Source of the DNA: Candidatus Poribacteria bacterium
Lineage (GTDB): Bacteria > Poribacteria > WGA-4E > WGA-3G
DNA: 64,000 nt
Reading direction: 5' to 3'
NCBI GenBank assembly: GCA_965215265.1
Contig: OZ244048.1
Coordinates: 2,816,001 to 2,880,000 of the forward strand
A program made the position numbers and the translations under genes. Below, in pieces: positions 38,707 through 49,202 of the stretch (its first letter is position 1; the number at the start of each line of letters is the position of its first letter). A model generated the notes under the pieces. It did no database searches. It saw nothing but the letters and a program-made list of their open reading frames with translations, and was not told where the DNA came from.

Positions 38707-40185
38707 CTAAGTCATACTTGCTAATTGAGCTGGTATAAATCGTGCATCTGCTGCGATTGCTTTTGCGAAACACGTTTTGGCGCGTGGCTCATCTCCGTTA
38801 GTTCGATGTGCCAACCCAAGACAAAAATGTGCTTGTGCAAGTTGTGTACCTTGAATCTCGAGACTCAAGGCTTTATGAATTGCCGTGATGCCATCGCCCG
38901 GTTCATCGCCGTTGCGATAAGCAGATAAAATAAGGGATTGCCCACGTAAAAGGTACGCCGGTGCGTAATCTGGGTCCAATTCCAAGGCGATATCCACTGC
39001 TTTCTTTGCCTCAACGAAAAAATCCCCTTTCTCAAGCACACTTGGAACATGACGAGAGGCTCGTGTGAGGAGAGCTGCGTATGCTGTCCACGCAGCAGGT
39101 AGATTTGTAAATTTTTGCGTTGCAACTCTCAAAATGGCGATTGCTAAGCCGATATCACTACCTTCTTCAACCTCTTCCGAGGCCTGAAGATACGCTTCAA
39201 AGTCTTCTAATCCACGGGTCTTTTCGGAGAGGAGTTCTGCCTCTGTACTCGGAATGGCGGATGGCTTCAGATGCTGCCACCCTGGCTCCGGGTCATCTAT
39301 TAGGCCCCGGTACACCCGCAAAATTGCATAACGGGGTGTTCCCCAGACTTCGGCAATATCGCGTATCCAATTGGGAAGGTTCACCTCCATGTCTGCCAAA
39401 AGTTCAGTTAATCCCATGCCTCGTTCAACGCGTTGGCGTACTTCTGTTAAAAAATAAGATTCAATTTGAATCAACAAGTCGATTTGTGCATCATGCGCTA
39501 AGGGACCGTGTCCCGGCAAAACATGTTTGGGTGCATACGTACGAAGTTCGTCAATGGCGTTAATCCAATCATGATTTGCCATGAGTCCTTCATTCATCAC
39601 TGGCTGCCCAAAAATAGGGAAACTGCCGGTCATGACGGTGTCGCCGGAAATGATGCAGTCTTCTGCCGGGAGATGAATAGCAGTTGCATCATCTGTCTCT
39701 GCTTTACCTAAGTAAACGAGATGCAGGGGTTGATTTCCTAAATCAAGTTCGAGTTCCTGCGTGAATATCAGATGAGGTAGAAAGGGTGCCTCTCCAAGCG
39801 TAAAGCCGCGCGATTGCAGGAACGCTTCTTGGCGAGGTGAACGATGGACCATAAAATTTTTCGTCAATTCGCGTGCGACTAGCATTGCCCCGGCCTCAGC
39901 GAAAATAACATTTCCATTGGTATGATCCCAATGATAATGGGTATTAATCGCATAAAGAATTGGTTTATCAGTTATGCCACGAACGGCCTGGTGTAACCGC
40001 CGCGCCATCGCTTGATTTACCTGCGTATCAATCACTGCAACACCTTCATCGCCAATAATAATTGAGGAATTAACGATGTTACGAAATAGGTAGACGCGTT
40101 CGGTTACTTTAACTAAATGTCCATATTGTCGTGGCGCATAAGGGTTTCTCGAGGCACTGCGGCCTCTTCGTGGAATTTCTCTCAC
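38707..40185 (-). CDS. MBL-fold metallohydrolase with C-terminal TPR region
   Basis: THYHWDH, SGD, PGHG; GTG start overlaps the hemE stop. Confidence 0.82.
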   Translation of the reverse strand: MREIPRRGRSASRNPYAPRQYGHLVKVTERVYLFRNIVNSSIIIGDEGVAVIDTQVNQAMARRLHQAVRGITDKPILYAINTHYHWDHTNGNVIFAEAGAMLVARELTKNFMVHRSPRQEAFLQSRGFTLGEAPFLPHLIFTQELELDLGNQPLHLVYLGKAETDDATAIHLPAEDCIISGDTVMTGSFPIFGQPVMNEGLMANHDWINAIDELRTYAPKHVLPGHGPLAHDAQIDLLIQIESYFLTEVRQRVERGMGLTELLADMEVNLPNWIRDIAEVWGTPRYAILRVYRGLIDDPEPGWQHLKPSAIPSTEAELLSEKTRGLEDFEAYLQASEEVEEGSDIGLAIAILRVATQKFTNLPAAWTAYAALLTRASRHVPSVLEKGDFFVEAKKAVDIALELDPDYAPAYLLRGQSLILSAYRNGDEPGDGITAIHKALSLEIQGTQLAQAHFCLGLAHRTNGDEPRAKTCFAKAIAADARFIPAQLASMT

Positions 40186-41288
40186 CCCAATCCCCTCCTT
40201 GCGACATTTACGAAACACTTGACGTTCTCAAACGGTGTGTCTCTGTGTATGCCATGGTTTAGATTCAAAATATGCCCAAGTGTGCCGCCCTGTTTTAAGC
40301 AAGCTAGGACAGATGCCGTAATGTCCTCATGGGTGCCATCGCGAAGGATATCGTTATCAACGTTCCCTTGTAAAGCGACTGTTCCCCCGGTTTCAGCCCT
40401 GGCCTTCACAAGATTGATGCATTTCCCTACGCTCAACACATCTGCGCCACTCCGTAGCATTAGATCCAGGTAACTGCACTCTTTCGCAAACAGAATCGCC
40501 GGTACCTGGGAATTGAGTTCAGAAAAAATCCGTTGGTGATACGGTAGTACAAAATTTTCGTACATCGGACGTGGAATGATATCCGCAACGGACTCAAAAA
40601 GTTGGACAAGTTGAACGCCCTCTGCAATTTGATAGTTCAAATAATTAATCGTAGTTTCTGTTAAGCGTGTGAGTAATTGATGAAAGAGTTTGGGTGCTTC
40701 TGCGATCATTTGAAAGACTGATTTCGTGTTATTCGCTAGCCTGCCGTCTCGTTTCATAAGGCTTCCGCCAGCAATAATAAAAGCAGCAAGCGTCATCGGT
40801 GCGCCTGCAAACCCGATAAGTGGCAATTTCCCGTTCAACCGTTCCCGGAGGGTGCGGATGACATTGCCTGTAAAGGCGAGTTGCGCCGGTGCGTCATCAA
40901 GCGGTTTAAGCGATTCTACTTGTTGGCGGCTGCGAATGGGTGGGTTTAAGACGGGCCCGGGCGTAAATCGAAAATGCAAGCCCATTGGACATAACGGTGT
41001 GAGAATATCTTTATAGACAATAATAGCGTCCACGCCAATGCGCGCAGGCAACAACGAAATTTTAACAGCAGATTCGACATCGGTATCCGACATGGGCATT
41101 GGGCAGGTGCGAAAGAGCCGTTCCAAGGGGAGGTTTATCTCCCGTCTGATCCGCCGGTAAGCCGGGTCGGAACGGCCGGCCTGTCGCATCATCCAAACAG
41201 GAGCTCTGTCAACCGGTAAACAGCGTGCCGCGCGTAAGAGCCGGTCGTTTTTCAAACCAGATAAGGATGCCTGTTTTTTATCCATCAT
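40182..41288 (-). CDS. hemE: uroporphyrinogen decarboxylase
   Basis: PVWMMRQAGR, LIGFAGAP, LQGNVD, NLNHGI. Confidence 0.95.
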   Translation of the reverse strand: MMDKKQASLSGLKNDRLLRAARCLPVDRAPVWMMRQAGRSDPAYRRIRREINLPLERLFRTCPMPMSDTDVESAVKISLLPARIGVDAIIVYKDILTPLCPMGLHFRFTPGPVLNPPIRSRQQVESLKPLDDAPAQLAFTGNVIRTLRERLNGKLPLIGFAGAPMTLAAFIIAGGSLMKRDGRLANNTKSVFQMIAEAPKLFHQLLTRLTETTINYLNYQIAEGVQLVQLFESVADIIPRPMYENFVLPYHQRIFSELNSQVPAILFAKECSYLDLMLRSGADVLSVGKCINLVKARAETGGTVALQGNVDNDILRDGTHEDITASVLACLKQGGTLGHILNLNHGIHRDTPFENVKCFVNVARRGLG

Positions 41289-42143
41289 CAATCTGTTTTA
41301 ATTTCTCCCCACACTGTTGCCAATTTATCCGTCAGTTCTACTCTACTGGGGCGACACCAAGTAATTTGCCAACGCCGTCGTCCATGAGCGTTTTTAAATC
41401 CGCTTTGCTCAGTGTGTCACTGAACATCGCTACGTCATCAATGATGCCTTTGAAATAGCCGCCATCACATCCATGGCCTGCGGGACAGAGTCCACTGTCG
41501 ATAAGGAGGCCTTTTTCAGGCACACCGACTTTGTTTGGGCCTTTTGACTTAAATTCGCCATTAACATAGAGTTCATACTCCATTCCGTTGTAAATACCGG
41601 CGATAAAATACCACTCGTCTGTGTTATTCACCGGTGTACTTGCAGCGGCACATCCGGCTTGACAACTTTTGAATTCAAAATTCCCTGCGTTCCAAAATTC
41701 AAACCACCAATTTGCACCGCCGCCGTCTCCTGGATTCCCATTCGCAATAATGAGGGTAGCCGAACCTTTCCCTGCCGGGTTGTTAACACCGATAGCACTC
41801 GGGTACATCCAGAAAGTTACCGTGAATACCTCTGGATTAAACGACAGCGAAGGTCCGATTTCAACGTAATCGTCTTTCCCATCAAAGACAATTCCTGGTC
41901 CGAACTGCCCAGTTTCCCATTTTGCACCTTCTTTAATCTCACCATCATTTCCATTACCAGATGCATCCTTTACAGTTTTGCCTTTACCTTCATCAAAGAG
42001 CCAGATACCGACAACCGTGTCGGCATCTTAGCATAACTAACAGCGTTAAAGTATGCTACGAATGCTGCGAATACTGTCATCCCAAGCCCTATCTGCATCC
42101 AAAGGCGCGATTGGATACTCATGAATCTTGTGATAAATTTCAT
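41288..42143 (-). pseudogene. secreted LamG-like jellyroll protein with two frameshifts
   Basis: Signal peptide ..SYAK / DADTVVGIWLFDEGKG (shift near 42028); core ..FKGIIDDVAMF; a 5-bp duplication at 41337-41346 detaches the VELTDKLATVWGEIKTD tail. Confidence 0.85.
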
Positions 42144-42484
42144 TTCGTAGAATTCTCCTTTTGATACTTTTCAAGAAACCTTCTGAGTTTGACAAAACTT
42201 TTAATATTTTTCATAATCCGACCACTCTCTCGCTCTTCTAAATAGAGAAAAAAGCCCATCAGATAAAGAGTCGCGAGAAATAGAACGAATCCAGTGAAGC
42301 ACTTCGCCATCGCCCAATAATTGGGCTGGAAACTTAGGTAAGGGATGACAGAAATCGATCCGTTAGTGGGATCCAGCGCCTCTGGCTGATGCCGCTGTAT
42401 GGAGACGAAGTCACCCCAACCTGTTATGCTGAGTGATAAAAAAACGATTGAAAGCACAAAAACGACGAAAAATGGGATACCCAT
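42140..42484 (-). CDS. small two-TM hypothetical protein
   Basis: Two hydrophobic segments; ATGA overlap with the LamG gene. Confidence 0.65.
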   Translation of the reverse strand: MGIPFFVVFVLSIVFLSLSITGWGDFVSIQRHQPEALDPTNGSISVIPYLSFQPNYWAMAKCFTGFVLFLATLYLMGFFLYLEERESGRIMKNIKSFVKLRRFLEKYQKENSTK

Positions 42485-42514
42485 ACGACTTCCAAGGGAG
42501 ATACCAGCAAAATA

Positions 42515-43585
42515 TTAGGCAGAAACTTTGACTAAGCCCTTAGTGCAACCATCTTCACGGTTTCGTACCTTTGTGATGCCCTCAACAAGTGATTCTAATG
42601 AAAATTCATGGCTGATGATTTTATCCATGTTGACATCGCCACTTGAGATGAGCTGAACGGCCTCCTCCCAGGTATCTGGGGCTAACCACGAAAAACGAAT
42701 CGTCTTATCCATGAGGATGGTATCCAGGATAGAGACCTGCATGACATCCGTGTCCCCGGGAAGCCCAAAGATAACAACGGTAGCATGCCGTCCTGTAACT
42801 TCTAATGCAGTATGAATTGCGTTAAGCGAACTGGTTGCAGTAATGGCTCTGTCAGCCAATTCACCGTTATTGAGTTCCTGAATAGTAGCCCCCAGGTCTG
42901 CGACATAGTGAGGGGAAGCGGTATCACTGACATTGACAATCACGTCTGCCCCCAATTCCTTTCCACATTCCAGTCTATAGTCTCGCGTGCCGACAAGCAA
43001 AACGTTTTTCAAACCGCGACTTTTCAACACTTGGACCATCATCAACCCGATTGGGCCAGGGCCAAATACGACAGCTGTCTGTCCAGCTTCGGCGTTAAGA
43101 TTATTAACAGCGTACAAGCCGCATGCCAGAGGTTCGGTCAGTGCGCCTTGGTCGTAGGTGACGCTATCTGGCAGTTTGACAGTCCATCTATAATCGGAAA
43201 CGGCATACTCCGCGAACCCTCCATCAACGCCCACACCTAATACCCGTTTTTCTGGACAGAGGTTCGACAATCCTTTTTGACTCCAAAACGAATTTGGGTT
43301 GGACTGAACAGGATTGACGACAACCCTATCTCCTACCTTAAAACCACCAATGTTTGCGGCATCCTTGCCAACTTCAACAACTTCGCCTGTAAATTCGTGG
43401 CCCAGGATGAGCGGTCCCTTTCCATCTGCGGTTTCCAAGGAACTATTCCCAAAATAGTAGGCGACATCCGAACCACAGATACCTACGGAACGAACTTGGA
43501 CTAATATATCAACGTCGCTGGGTTCCGGAACTGTCCGCTCTTCCAGCGTCATTTTTTCCGGTTCATAGAAAATTTGCGATTTCAT
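42515..43585 (-). CDS. Zn-binding dehydrogenase (polyol/threonine dehydrogenase-like MDR)
   Basis: GICGSD, GHE, GPGPIG; AGGAG RBS. Confidence 0.9.
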   Translation of the reverse strand: MKSQIFYEPEKMTLEERTVPEPSDVDILVQVRSVGICGSDVAYYFGNSSLETADGKGPLILGHEFTGEVVEVGKDAANIGGFKVGDRVVVNPVQSNPNSFWSQKGLSNLCPEKRVLGVGVDGGFAEYAVSDYRWTVKLPDSVTYDQGALTEPLACGLYAVNNLNAEAGQTAVVFGPGPIGLMMVQVLKSRGLKNVLLVGTRDYRLECGKELGADVIVNVSDTASPHYVADLGATIQELNNGELADRAITATSSLNAIHTALEVTGRHATVVIFGLPGDTDVMQVSILDTILMDKTIRFSWLAPDTWEEAVQLISSGDVNMDKIISHEFSLESLVEGITKVRNREDGCTKGLVKVSA

Positions 43586-43697
43586 GTTTGTTTGTCTCCT
43601 TCTTAGATCAAAAAGCTGCCTATTTGAGCTCTATTGTATTTTAGCATATTAGATTTTAATTAGCAAGGAAATTAACGGTACAAAAGCACACGTTGTA

Positions 43698-44561
43698 TCA
43701 GAAGATGTAGCGCATTTCCAGCAGCAACAGTCTGCTACAGAATTCGCCTATAAAAACGGTAATAATCGCGATAAAAAGGAATCCAGTGGCTGCACGTGTC
43801 GCGCCGACAGTATCAGCGGCAACAGATTTATCGCGCAAGCAGTACCAAGTGATGAAGTAGAGGAACAGCGTGCCACAGAGTCCAATAATGACCCGCATGC
43901 CAAATATGAGTCGATAATAGAAATTAAAAGGGACAGAACCGGCCGTTTGCCAGTGAAAAAAAACGTTCACACCAAACAGCCAAGCGATGCAGAGGAGGGA
44001 ATAGAGGAATAGGCTATTAAATCGTTTCAAGTATGCTACGGGTAAGTCTGGGGTGACAAGATACCAATGCCCGAACCACATACCGGTATGAACGGCCCCA
44101 AGTAGCACAGCGGATGTCAAGAATTGAATCGGTAATAAAACCCTTTCACCGGGAATCTGAATAATTTCAAGGTAGCGCGCGGCACTCAGAAACAGCCAGA
44201 TTCCGCCACAAAGAATGCCGGTAAAGAAAAGTAGCTGCGTTAGGCGAGGCGATTTAAACCACCAACTCAAAGTATAGATAAGAATTAGAATAAAAAAGAT
44301 GAGAACAAAAACGGATTCAATCTTCAGTAAATGGTTCGGCAACCGGTGTCCGATCCCGAAGAAATTAGAGAATGTGACGGGTTGCTGCAGCAGTGATAGA
44401 TTCGCGCATCGTGCTAAGCCACTAACTACCAGATAAATGCCACCCATGAGACGATAAAAGTTTGCCCCGACTAAATCTCTGGGGATAAACAGAAGTAGCA
44501 CGAATCCGCCTATTGCCAATTGACTGAAGACGATATAAAAAATGTCAACGATACTAAACAT
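43698..44561 (-). CDS. polytopic membrane protein with a GHWYL motif
   Basis: About 8 TM segments; GMWFGHWYLV; AATGFLF..GE. Confidence 0.75.
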   Translation of the reverse strand: MFSIVDIFYIVFSQLAIGGFVLLLFIPRDLVGANFYRLMGGIYLVVSGLARCANLSLLQQPVTFSNFFGIGHRLPNHLLKIESVFVLIFFILILIYTLSWWFKSPRLTQLLFFTGILCGGIWLFLSAARYLEIIQIPGERVLLPIQFLTSAVLLGAVHTGMWFGHWYLVTPDLPVAYLKRFNSLFLYSLLCIAWLFGVNVFFHWQTAGSVPFNFYYRLIFGMRVIIGLCGTLFLYFITWYCLRDKSVAADTVGATRAATGFLFIAIITVFIGEFCSRLLLLEMRYIF

Positions 44562-44642
44562 CAATTGCCAACCTAACGGTAAAGTTGAGTCCGATGTGCA
44601 GTTTCAAGCTTCCATTGGGGTACCTATAGGAGTGAGGAGTCG

Positions 44643-44664
44643 GGCGGGAAGACATCTTCCCGCC
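44643..44664 (-). terminator. hairpin after rplL
   Basis: GGCGGGAAGA-CA-TCTTCCCGCC inverted repeat. Confidence 0.5.
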
Positions 44665-44703
44665 TCAACGTGTCTTGATAGAAGTCACAGGAATAGATTC
44701 AGG

Positions 44704-45102
44704 TTAGAGAATGTCGACGGTTGCCCCGAGTTCTTCCAACTGTGCTTTCGTCTTCTCTGCTTCCTCTTTGCTGATACCCTCTTGGATAACCACCGGTGCA
44801 GATTCCACTTTGTCCTTTGCTTCCTTCAGTCCGAGTCCTGTAACCGCTCGTACCTCTTTGATAACCGGAATCTTTTGGGCACCGAAATCTTTGAGTTGTA
44901 CGTCAAACTCCGTTTTTTCTTCTACTTCGGGTGGTGCCTCTTCAGCACCGGCAGCGGCAGGCATCATCCCTGGCATCGCCATAACTGGTGCAGCCGATGC
45001 GCTCACCCCAAACTTATCCTCTAAGGCTTTGACGAGCTCAGAGAGCTCCAAAACCGACATATTGCTAATCTGTTCAATCAACTCTTCAATATTTGCAGCC
45101 AT
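44704..45102 (-). CDS. rplL: 50S ribosomal protein L7/L12
   Basis: [25 protein letters not shown]. Confidence 0.97.
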   Translation of the reverse strand: MAANIEELIEQISNMSVLELSELVKALEDKFGVSASAAPVMAMPGMMPAAAGAEEAPPEVEEKTEFDVQLKDFGAQKIPVIKEVRAVTGLGLKEAKDKVESAPVVIQEGISKEEAEKTKAQLEELGATVDIL

Positions 45103-45127
45103 TGTTTGGCTCCTTTCTTGCGAAAAA

Positions 45128-45694
45128 TTAGGCGTTTTCAGCCTCTTTCTTTTGCTCTGCAACCTGTGTTAAAACCGAGGTTATTTGGCGTATTGTACTA
45201 CTTAACACATTTACGATTCCGGTGATAGGCGAACCTTGATGGAGAACTTGGACGAGTCCTGTCAAAGGCGCGCCGATACATCCGACCGCGCGTGCAATCA
45301 TCACTTCTCGAGACGGCATATCCTGTAGGGCTTCGACCTCTTCTGCATCAATAACCTGTGTTCCGAGAATACCGCCTTTAATCTTGAATTTCGCGTGTTC
45401 CTCGCGAAATTCCAGCAATGTCTTTGAGGATGCGGCCGGGTCACTACTAGTCGCGAGCGCAGTATTGCCCTTTAGGTACACTGCTAACCCTTCAATACCT
45501 CTCTCTTGTGCAACAACGTTGATTAATGTATTCTTACAGACCTTATACCGGACATCCGCCTCGCGTAAGCGTCTCCGCAAATCGTTTGTCTCTGCGACTG
45601 TAAGTCCCTGGAAATCTGTTAGCAGAATAACGTCGGCACTTTCAAAAAGCTCGCGAATTTGTTCAACCTGCTGAACGTTAGCCTGATTTGGCAT
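45128..45694 (-). CDS. rplJ: 50S ribosomal protein L10
   Basis: DFQGLTV..LR..VCKNTL, IKGG, MPSRE. Confidence 0.96.
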   Translation of the reverse strand: MPNQANVQQVEQIRELFESADVILLTDFQGLTVAETNDLRRRLREADVRYKVCKNTLINVVAQERGIEGLAVYLKGNTALATSSDPAASSKTLLEFREEHAKFKIKGGILGTQVIDAEEVEALQDMPSREVMIARAVGCIGAPLTGLVQVLHQGSPITGIVNVLSSTIRQITSVLTQVAEQKKEAENA

Positions 45695-45791
45695 ATCTCA
45701 GCTCCTTTCCAGAACCTATCTCATAAATCGACACACCGCGTGCGGATGAAATAGGAACTACCTAAATTTCTATTTATGGGCGCAGGCCAAC

Positions 45792-45950
45792 AAAAAGCCT
45801 CCAGATGCATGGAGGCTTACACTCAATAAGGAGTAAAGGAATGTATAACGGATAATCAACACGCTGTCCAGACGTGCCCACCGTTCTCGTTCTATCCCTT
45901 CAAGCCTCGGTAGGTTATTAAGCCTGCGGCACCTACGTTCTACGACTCTT
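45792..45950 (-). promoter_or_regulatory. L10 leader with downstream attenuator-like hairpin
   Basis: CGTAGAACGTAGGTG..CTTAATAACCTACCGAGG (about 45945-45905) and AAGCCTCC..GGAGGCTTTTT (45818-45792). Confidence 0.75.
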
Positions 45951-46065
45951 TTCCATATCTATGGAAATCGTATGGGTAAATTTTATTGTCTTTACTATCC
46001 AAGCGGATGCTATTAGTCTATAACTAGTAGATTGCCCACTTATATTACGAATTCGCCGGTTGCAA

Positions 46066-46764
46066 TTAGGCAAACTGCTGCGGGTCAATACGAATACCAA
46101 CGCCCATCGTTGATGAGATAGCAACAGTCCGAATGTAGCGCCCTTTTATAGCGGCGGGCCGTGCATTCACAAGCGCACCCATTACGGCATTGAGGTTTCC
46201 CTTAATTTGCTCACCGTCAAACGAAGTTTTTCCAATCGGGACATGAACGACCCCGGAGGAACGTTCGACCCGGTATTCAATCTGTCCGGCTTTGATATTC
46301 TGTATCGTCTCAGTCAGTTCCATCGTAACCGTACCTGCTTTTGCATTCGGCATAAGCCCGCGTGGGCCAAGGATTCTACCTAACTTTGGCATAATACTGC
46401 GCATCAAGTCTGGTGTGGCGATGGTTGCATCAAAATCAAGCCAGCCTTCAACAATTTTATCAACTAACTCATCCGTCCCAACAAAATCAGCCCCGGCATC
46501 CTCTGCTTCGCGTGCTTTATCGCCTTGTGCAAACACCGCGACACGTACAGATTTACCGGTACCATGGGGCAGCGTGACAGTCCCGCGGATGTTCTGATCT
46601 GCTATCCGGGCATCTACCCCTAGCCGGGAGGCCAAATCGACCGTCTCATCAAATTTCGCATGGCCTGTTTTTTTGATCAGCGCAACAGCCTCGTCCACAG
46701 TGTATAGGCGAAATCTGTCCACCTGTGATTGAATTTCGCGGTATCGCTTCCCTTTCTTCGCCAT
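46066..46764 (-). CDS. rplA: 50S ribosomal protein L1
   Basis: [27 protein letters not shown]. Confidence 0.97.
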   Translation of the reverse strand: MAKKGKRYREIQSQVDRFRLYTVDEAVALIKKTGHAKFDETVDLASRLGVDARIADQNIRGTVTLPHGTGKSVRVAVFAQGDKAREAEDAGADFVGTDELVDKIVEGWLDFDATIATPDLMRSIMPKLGRILGPRGLMPNAKAGTVTMELTETIQNIKAGQIEYRVERSSGVVHVPIGKTSFDGEQIKGNLNAVMGALVNARPAAIKGRYIRTVAISSTMGVGIRIDPQQFA

Positions 46765-46873
46765 AGCCTTTATCTGTGTAAGCGTCTTGGAGACGCGAGA
46801 CACTCTCTCCTTAAAATTACTTTATCATACCGACTGCCATAAAAAAACAGACGATTAGCATGATAAGAGAAGA

Positions 46874-47296
46874 TTAGTTAATCGTAAGTCCCATACTGCG
46901 AGCAGTCCCTTCAACCATTCGCGTTGCAGCATCCAGATCTGTTGTATTTAAGTCAGGTAATTTCGTTTGCGCGATCTCACGAATCTCATCCATTGTTACC
47001 GACGCGACTTTGTTGCGGTTCGGTTCGCCAGAACCTTTAGCGATTTTCGCTGCGGTTTTTAACAATACAGCTGCTGGTGGTGATTTCACGCTAAACGTAA
47101 AAGACCTGTCGCTGTAACACGTGATGATTGTTGTGACAACCATCCCGGTTTGGTGCTGCGTCTGGGCGTTAAAAGATTTAATAAACTCCTGGAGGTTAAT
47201 CATGTACGGCGCAAGACTAGGTCCGACAGGCGGCTGCGGGGTTGCCTGCCCTGAGACTAACTGGAGTTTCACTTCGCCTGCTATTTTTTTTGCCAT
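46874..47296 (-). CDS. rplK: 50S ribosomal protein L11
   Basis: [22 protein letters not shown]. Confidence 0.97.
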   Translation of the reverse strand: MAKKIAGEVKLQLVSGQATPQPPVGPSLAPYMINLQEFIKSFNAQTQHQTGMVVTTIITCYSDRSFTFSVKSPPAAVLLKTAAKIAKGSGEPNRNKVASVTMDEIREIAQTKLPDLNTTDLDAATRMVEGTARSMGLTIN

Positions 47297-47366
47297 TCTC
47301 ACTCCGCTATCGATTGTGTGAAAGTTCCATATTAGAGAACATGCACGTCAGATCTAAAAATTAGAT

Positions 47367-47930
47367 TCATAATGCTTCCACTTCAAGGAAGCCCAATTCA
47401 ACCGGTGTTGCACGCCCGAAGATAGTTATACTCAGCCGGAGGCGCTGCCGCTCCATGTCAATATCTTCTATTTCACCGGGAAATCCGCTAAAGGGTCCGT
47501 CAATCACCTTTACTGTATCGCCAACACCATACGCGACAGTAAGCACGGGTATGTGTTCCTCTTCTAACGTTGGCATCTGCAGCATCGCCTCAATGTCGCT
47601 TGCCTCTAACGCCGAAGGCCGTTGGTTCGGGCCCAAAAAATTCATCACACCTGGAGTTTCTTTAATGAGTTCCCAACTCCGTTTGCCTTGTGGCCGTTCA
47701 ACCTCAGGTCCTAATTCATGAGTGGTGTTAATGAGAACATACCCCGGATATGAGGGCCTAAAACTCACCTTGCGTTTGCTGTCTTTCACCTCAACAACTT
47801 CTGTGAGAGGCACCTTGACATCCAGAATTTCGTCCCGGAGCTCCTCACGTTCAATCATGTTATCAAGGTTGAGTTTAACCTTATTTTCATGCCCGGTGTA
47901 TATTTGAACAACGTACCAGTAACCAGTCAT
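47367..47930 (-). CDS. nusG: transcription factor NusG
   Basis: WYVVQ, YPGYV, KOW motif DGPFSGF, IFGRATPVEL. Confidence 0.96.
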   Translation of the reverse strand: MTGYWYVVQIYTGHENKVKLNLDNMIEREELRDEILDVKVPLTEVVEVKDSKRKVSFRPSYPGYVLINTTHELGPEVERPQGKRSWELIKETPGVMNFLGPNQRPSALEASDIEAMLQMPTLEEEHIPVLTVAYGVGDTVKVIDGPFSGFPGEIEDIDMERQRLRLSITIFGRATPVELGFLEVEAL

Positions 47931-47995
47931 AATCCATTTACCAACTAAGAGAAGCCAATCTAACTATTGATGTTATTTGGTTTATCCTGATAAAA

Positions 47996-48382
47996 TTATT
48001 CAACTGTACGGAGGAATAACGATCTAAGGAATGCCATACCGAAACCAGTTAGCGGTTCATCGAGTTTGAGCGCGTACTGACTGACAAGTACTACAACCAA
48101 GGGGACACACGCGATAACAATTGCATGAACGCGGTACTCCTCCCAGTTTCTGCTGAAAGAAAATACGGCTAACGGTATCACTATTAGCAAAATCAGACCA
48201 AAAACGCCGTTCCATAGCGGATAGGCGGCATTCCCATCAACTAACCAGATGAAAAAACCCAATAAGGCGCACGCGACAATTACTGTAATTGTGCTGCCCT
48301 GAACCTCTTTCGAGTCAGGTTTCGACACCTTCTGCCATTCTAACCTAATACCTTGAATATAGTTTTTTATGCGCGCTATCAT
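47996..48382 (-). CDS. secE: preprotein translocase SecE with extra C-terminal TM segments
   Basis: EWQKVSKP..E...TITV motif; position between tRNA-Trp and nusG. Confidence 0.85.
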   Translation of the reverse strand: MIARIKNYIQGIRLEWQKVSKPDSKEVQGSTITVIVACALLGFFIWLVDGNAAYPLWNGVFGLILLIVIPLAVFSFSRNWEEYRVHAIVIACVPLVVVLVSQYALKLDEPLTGFGMAFLRSLFLRTVE

Positions 48383-48393
48383 AATTATAAAGG

Positions 48394-48467
48394 CAGGCCA
48401 GGAGGGATTCGAACCCCCAACATTCGGTTTTGGAGACCGACGCTCTAGCCGTTGGAGCTACTGGCCT
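48394..48467 (-). tRNA. tRNA-Trp(CCA)
   Basis: AGGCCAG acceptor stem, CTCCAAA anticodon loop, GGTTCGAATCC. Confidence 0.95.
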
Positions 48468-48495
48468 GCAAGTTTGGTATATGAACGAGAAAAAA

Positions 48496-48648
48496 TTATC
48501 GCGTTTCCTTATGCAGTGTATGCTTGCGACAGAATCGGCAGTATTTCTTCCGTTCATACCGCGTTTGGTTCGTCCGACGGTTGCGAGTTGTTACATAATT
48601 CCGCTGACTACATACATCACATGCCATTGTCACAATATCTCTTGGCAT
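48496..48648 (-). CDS. rpmG: 50S ribosomal protein L33 (Zn-binding type)
   Basis: CDVC..RNY..KKYCRFCRKHTLHKE. Confidence 0.96.
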   Translation of the reverse strand: MPRDIVTMACDVCSQRNYVTTRNRRTNQTRYERKKYCRFCRKHTLHKETR

Positions 48649-48714
48649 AATAGATACCCTATAGGAGCACAGTGGCTGCCGTAAAACGCAAGGCCGGCTG
48701 TAGCTCAAGTTAAA

Positions 48715-48790
<76 letters not shown>

Positions 48791-48839
48791 AAAATTAAAG
48801 CAGCGTTCACAATAAATAACCTCAAATAGAGGGCCCAGA

Positions 48840-48912
48840 AGCGGGAGACGGGATTTGAACCCGCGACACATGGCTTGGAAGGCCAATGCTCTACCAGCTG
48901 AGCTACTCCCGC
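48840..48912 (-). tRNA. tRNA-Gly(TCC)
   Basis: GCGGGAG acceptor stem, CTTCCAA loop. Confidence 0.95.
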
Positions 48913-48981
48913 GTGTAAGGAGCCGAGGACGAGATTTTCATCAAACTGGCATCCCTGCCAAACCCTGAAAACAAAAAGAGA

Positions 48982-49063
48982 TGGGGGCGGATGGATTTGA
49001 ACCACCGTAGGCATCGCCAACAGATTTACAGTCTGCCCTTTTTGACCACTCAAGCACACCCCC
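48982..49063 (-). tRNA. tRNA-Tyr(GTA)
   Basis: CTGTAAA loop, long variable arm. Confidence 0.95.
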
Positions 49064-49075
49064 ATAGGTTCTAAA

Positions 49076-49147
49076 AGCTGACGAGAGGAATCGAACCTCC
49101 AACCTAGTGATTACAAATCACTTGCTCTACCATTGAGCCACGTCAGC
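49076..49147 (-). tRNA. tRNA-Thr(TGT)
   Basis: GCTGACG acceptor stem, TTTGTAA loop. Confidence 0.95.
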
Positions 49148-49158
49148 GATACATATTA

Positions 49159-49187
49159 ATTATACCCGATTTTCTGGCGTTTGTCAA
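49159..49187 (-). promoter_or_regulatory. consensus sigma70 promoter of the tRNA/ribosomal protein operon
   Basis: TTGACA-N17-TATAAT. Confidence 0.85.
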
Positions 49188-49202
49188 GAAAAAATGTCAG
49201 CC

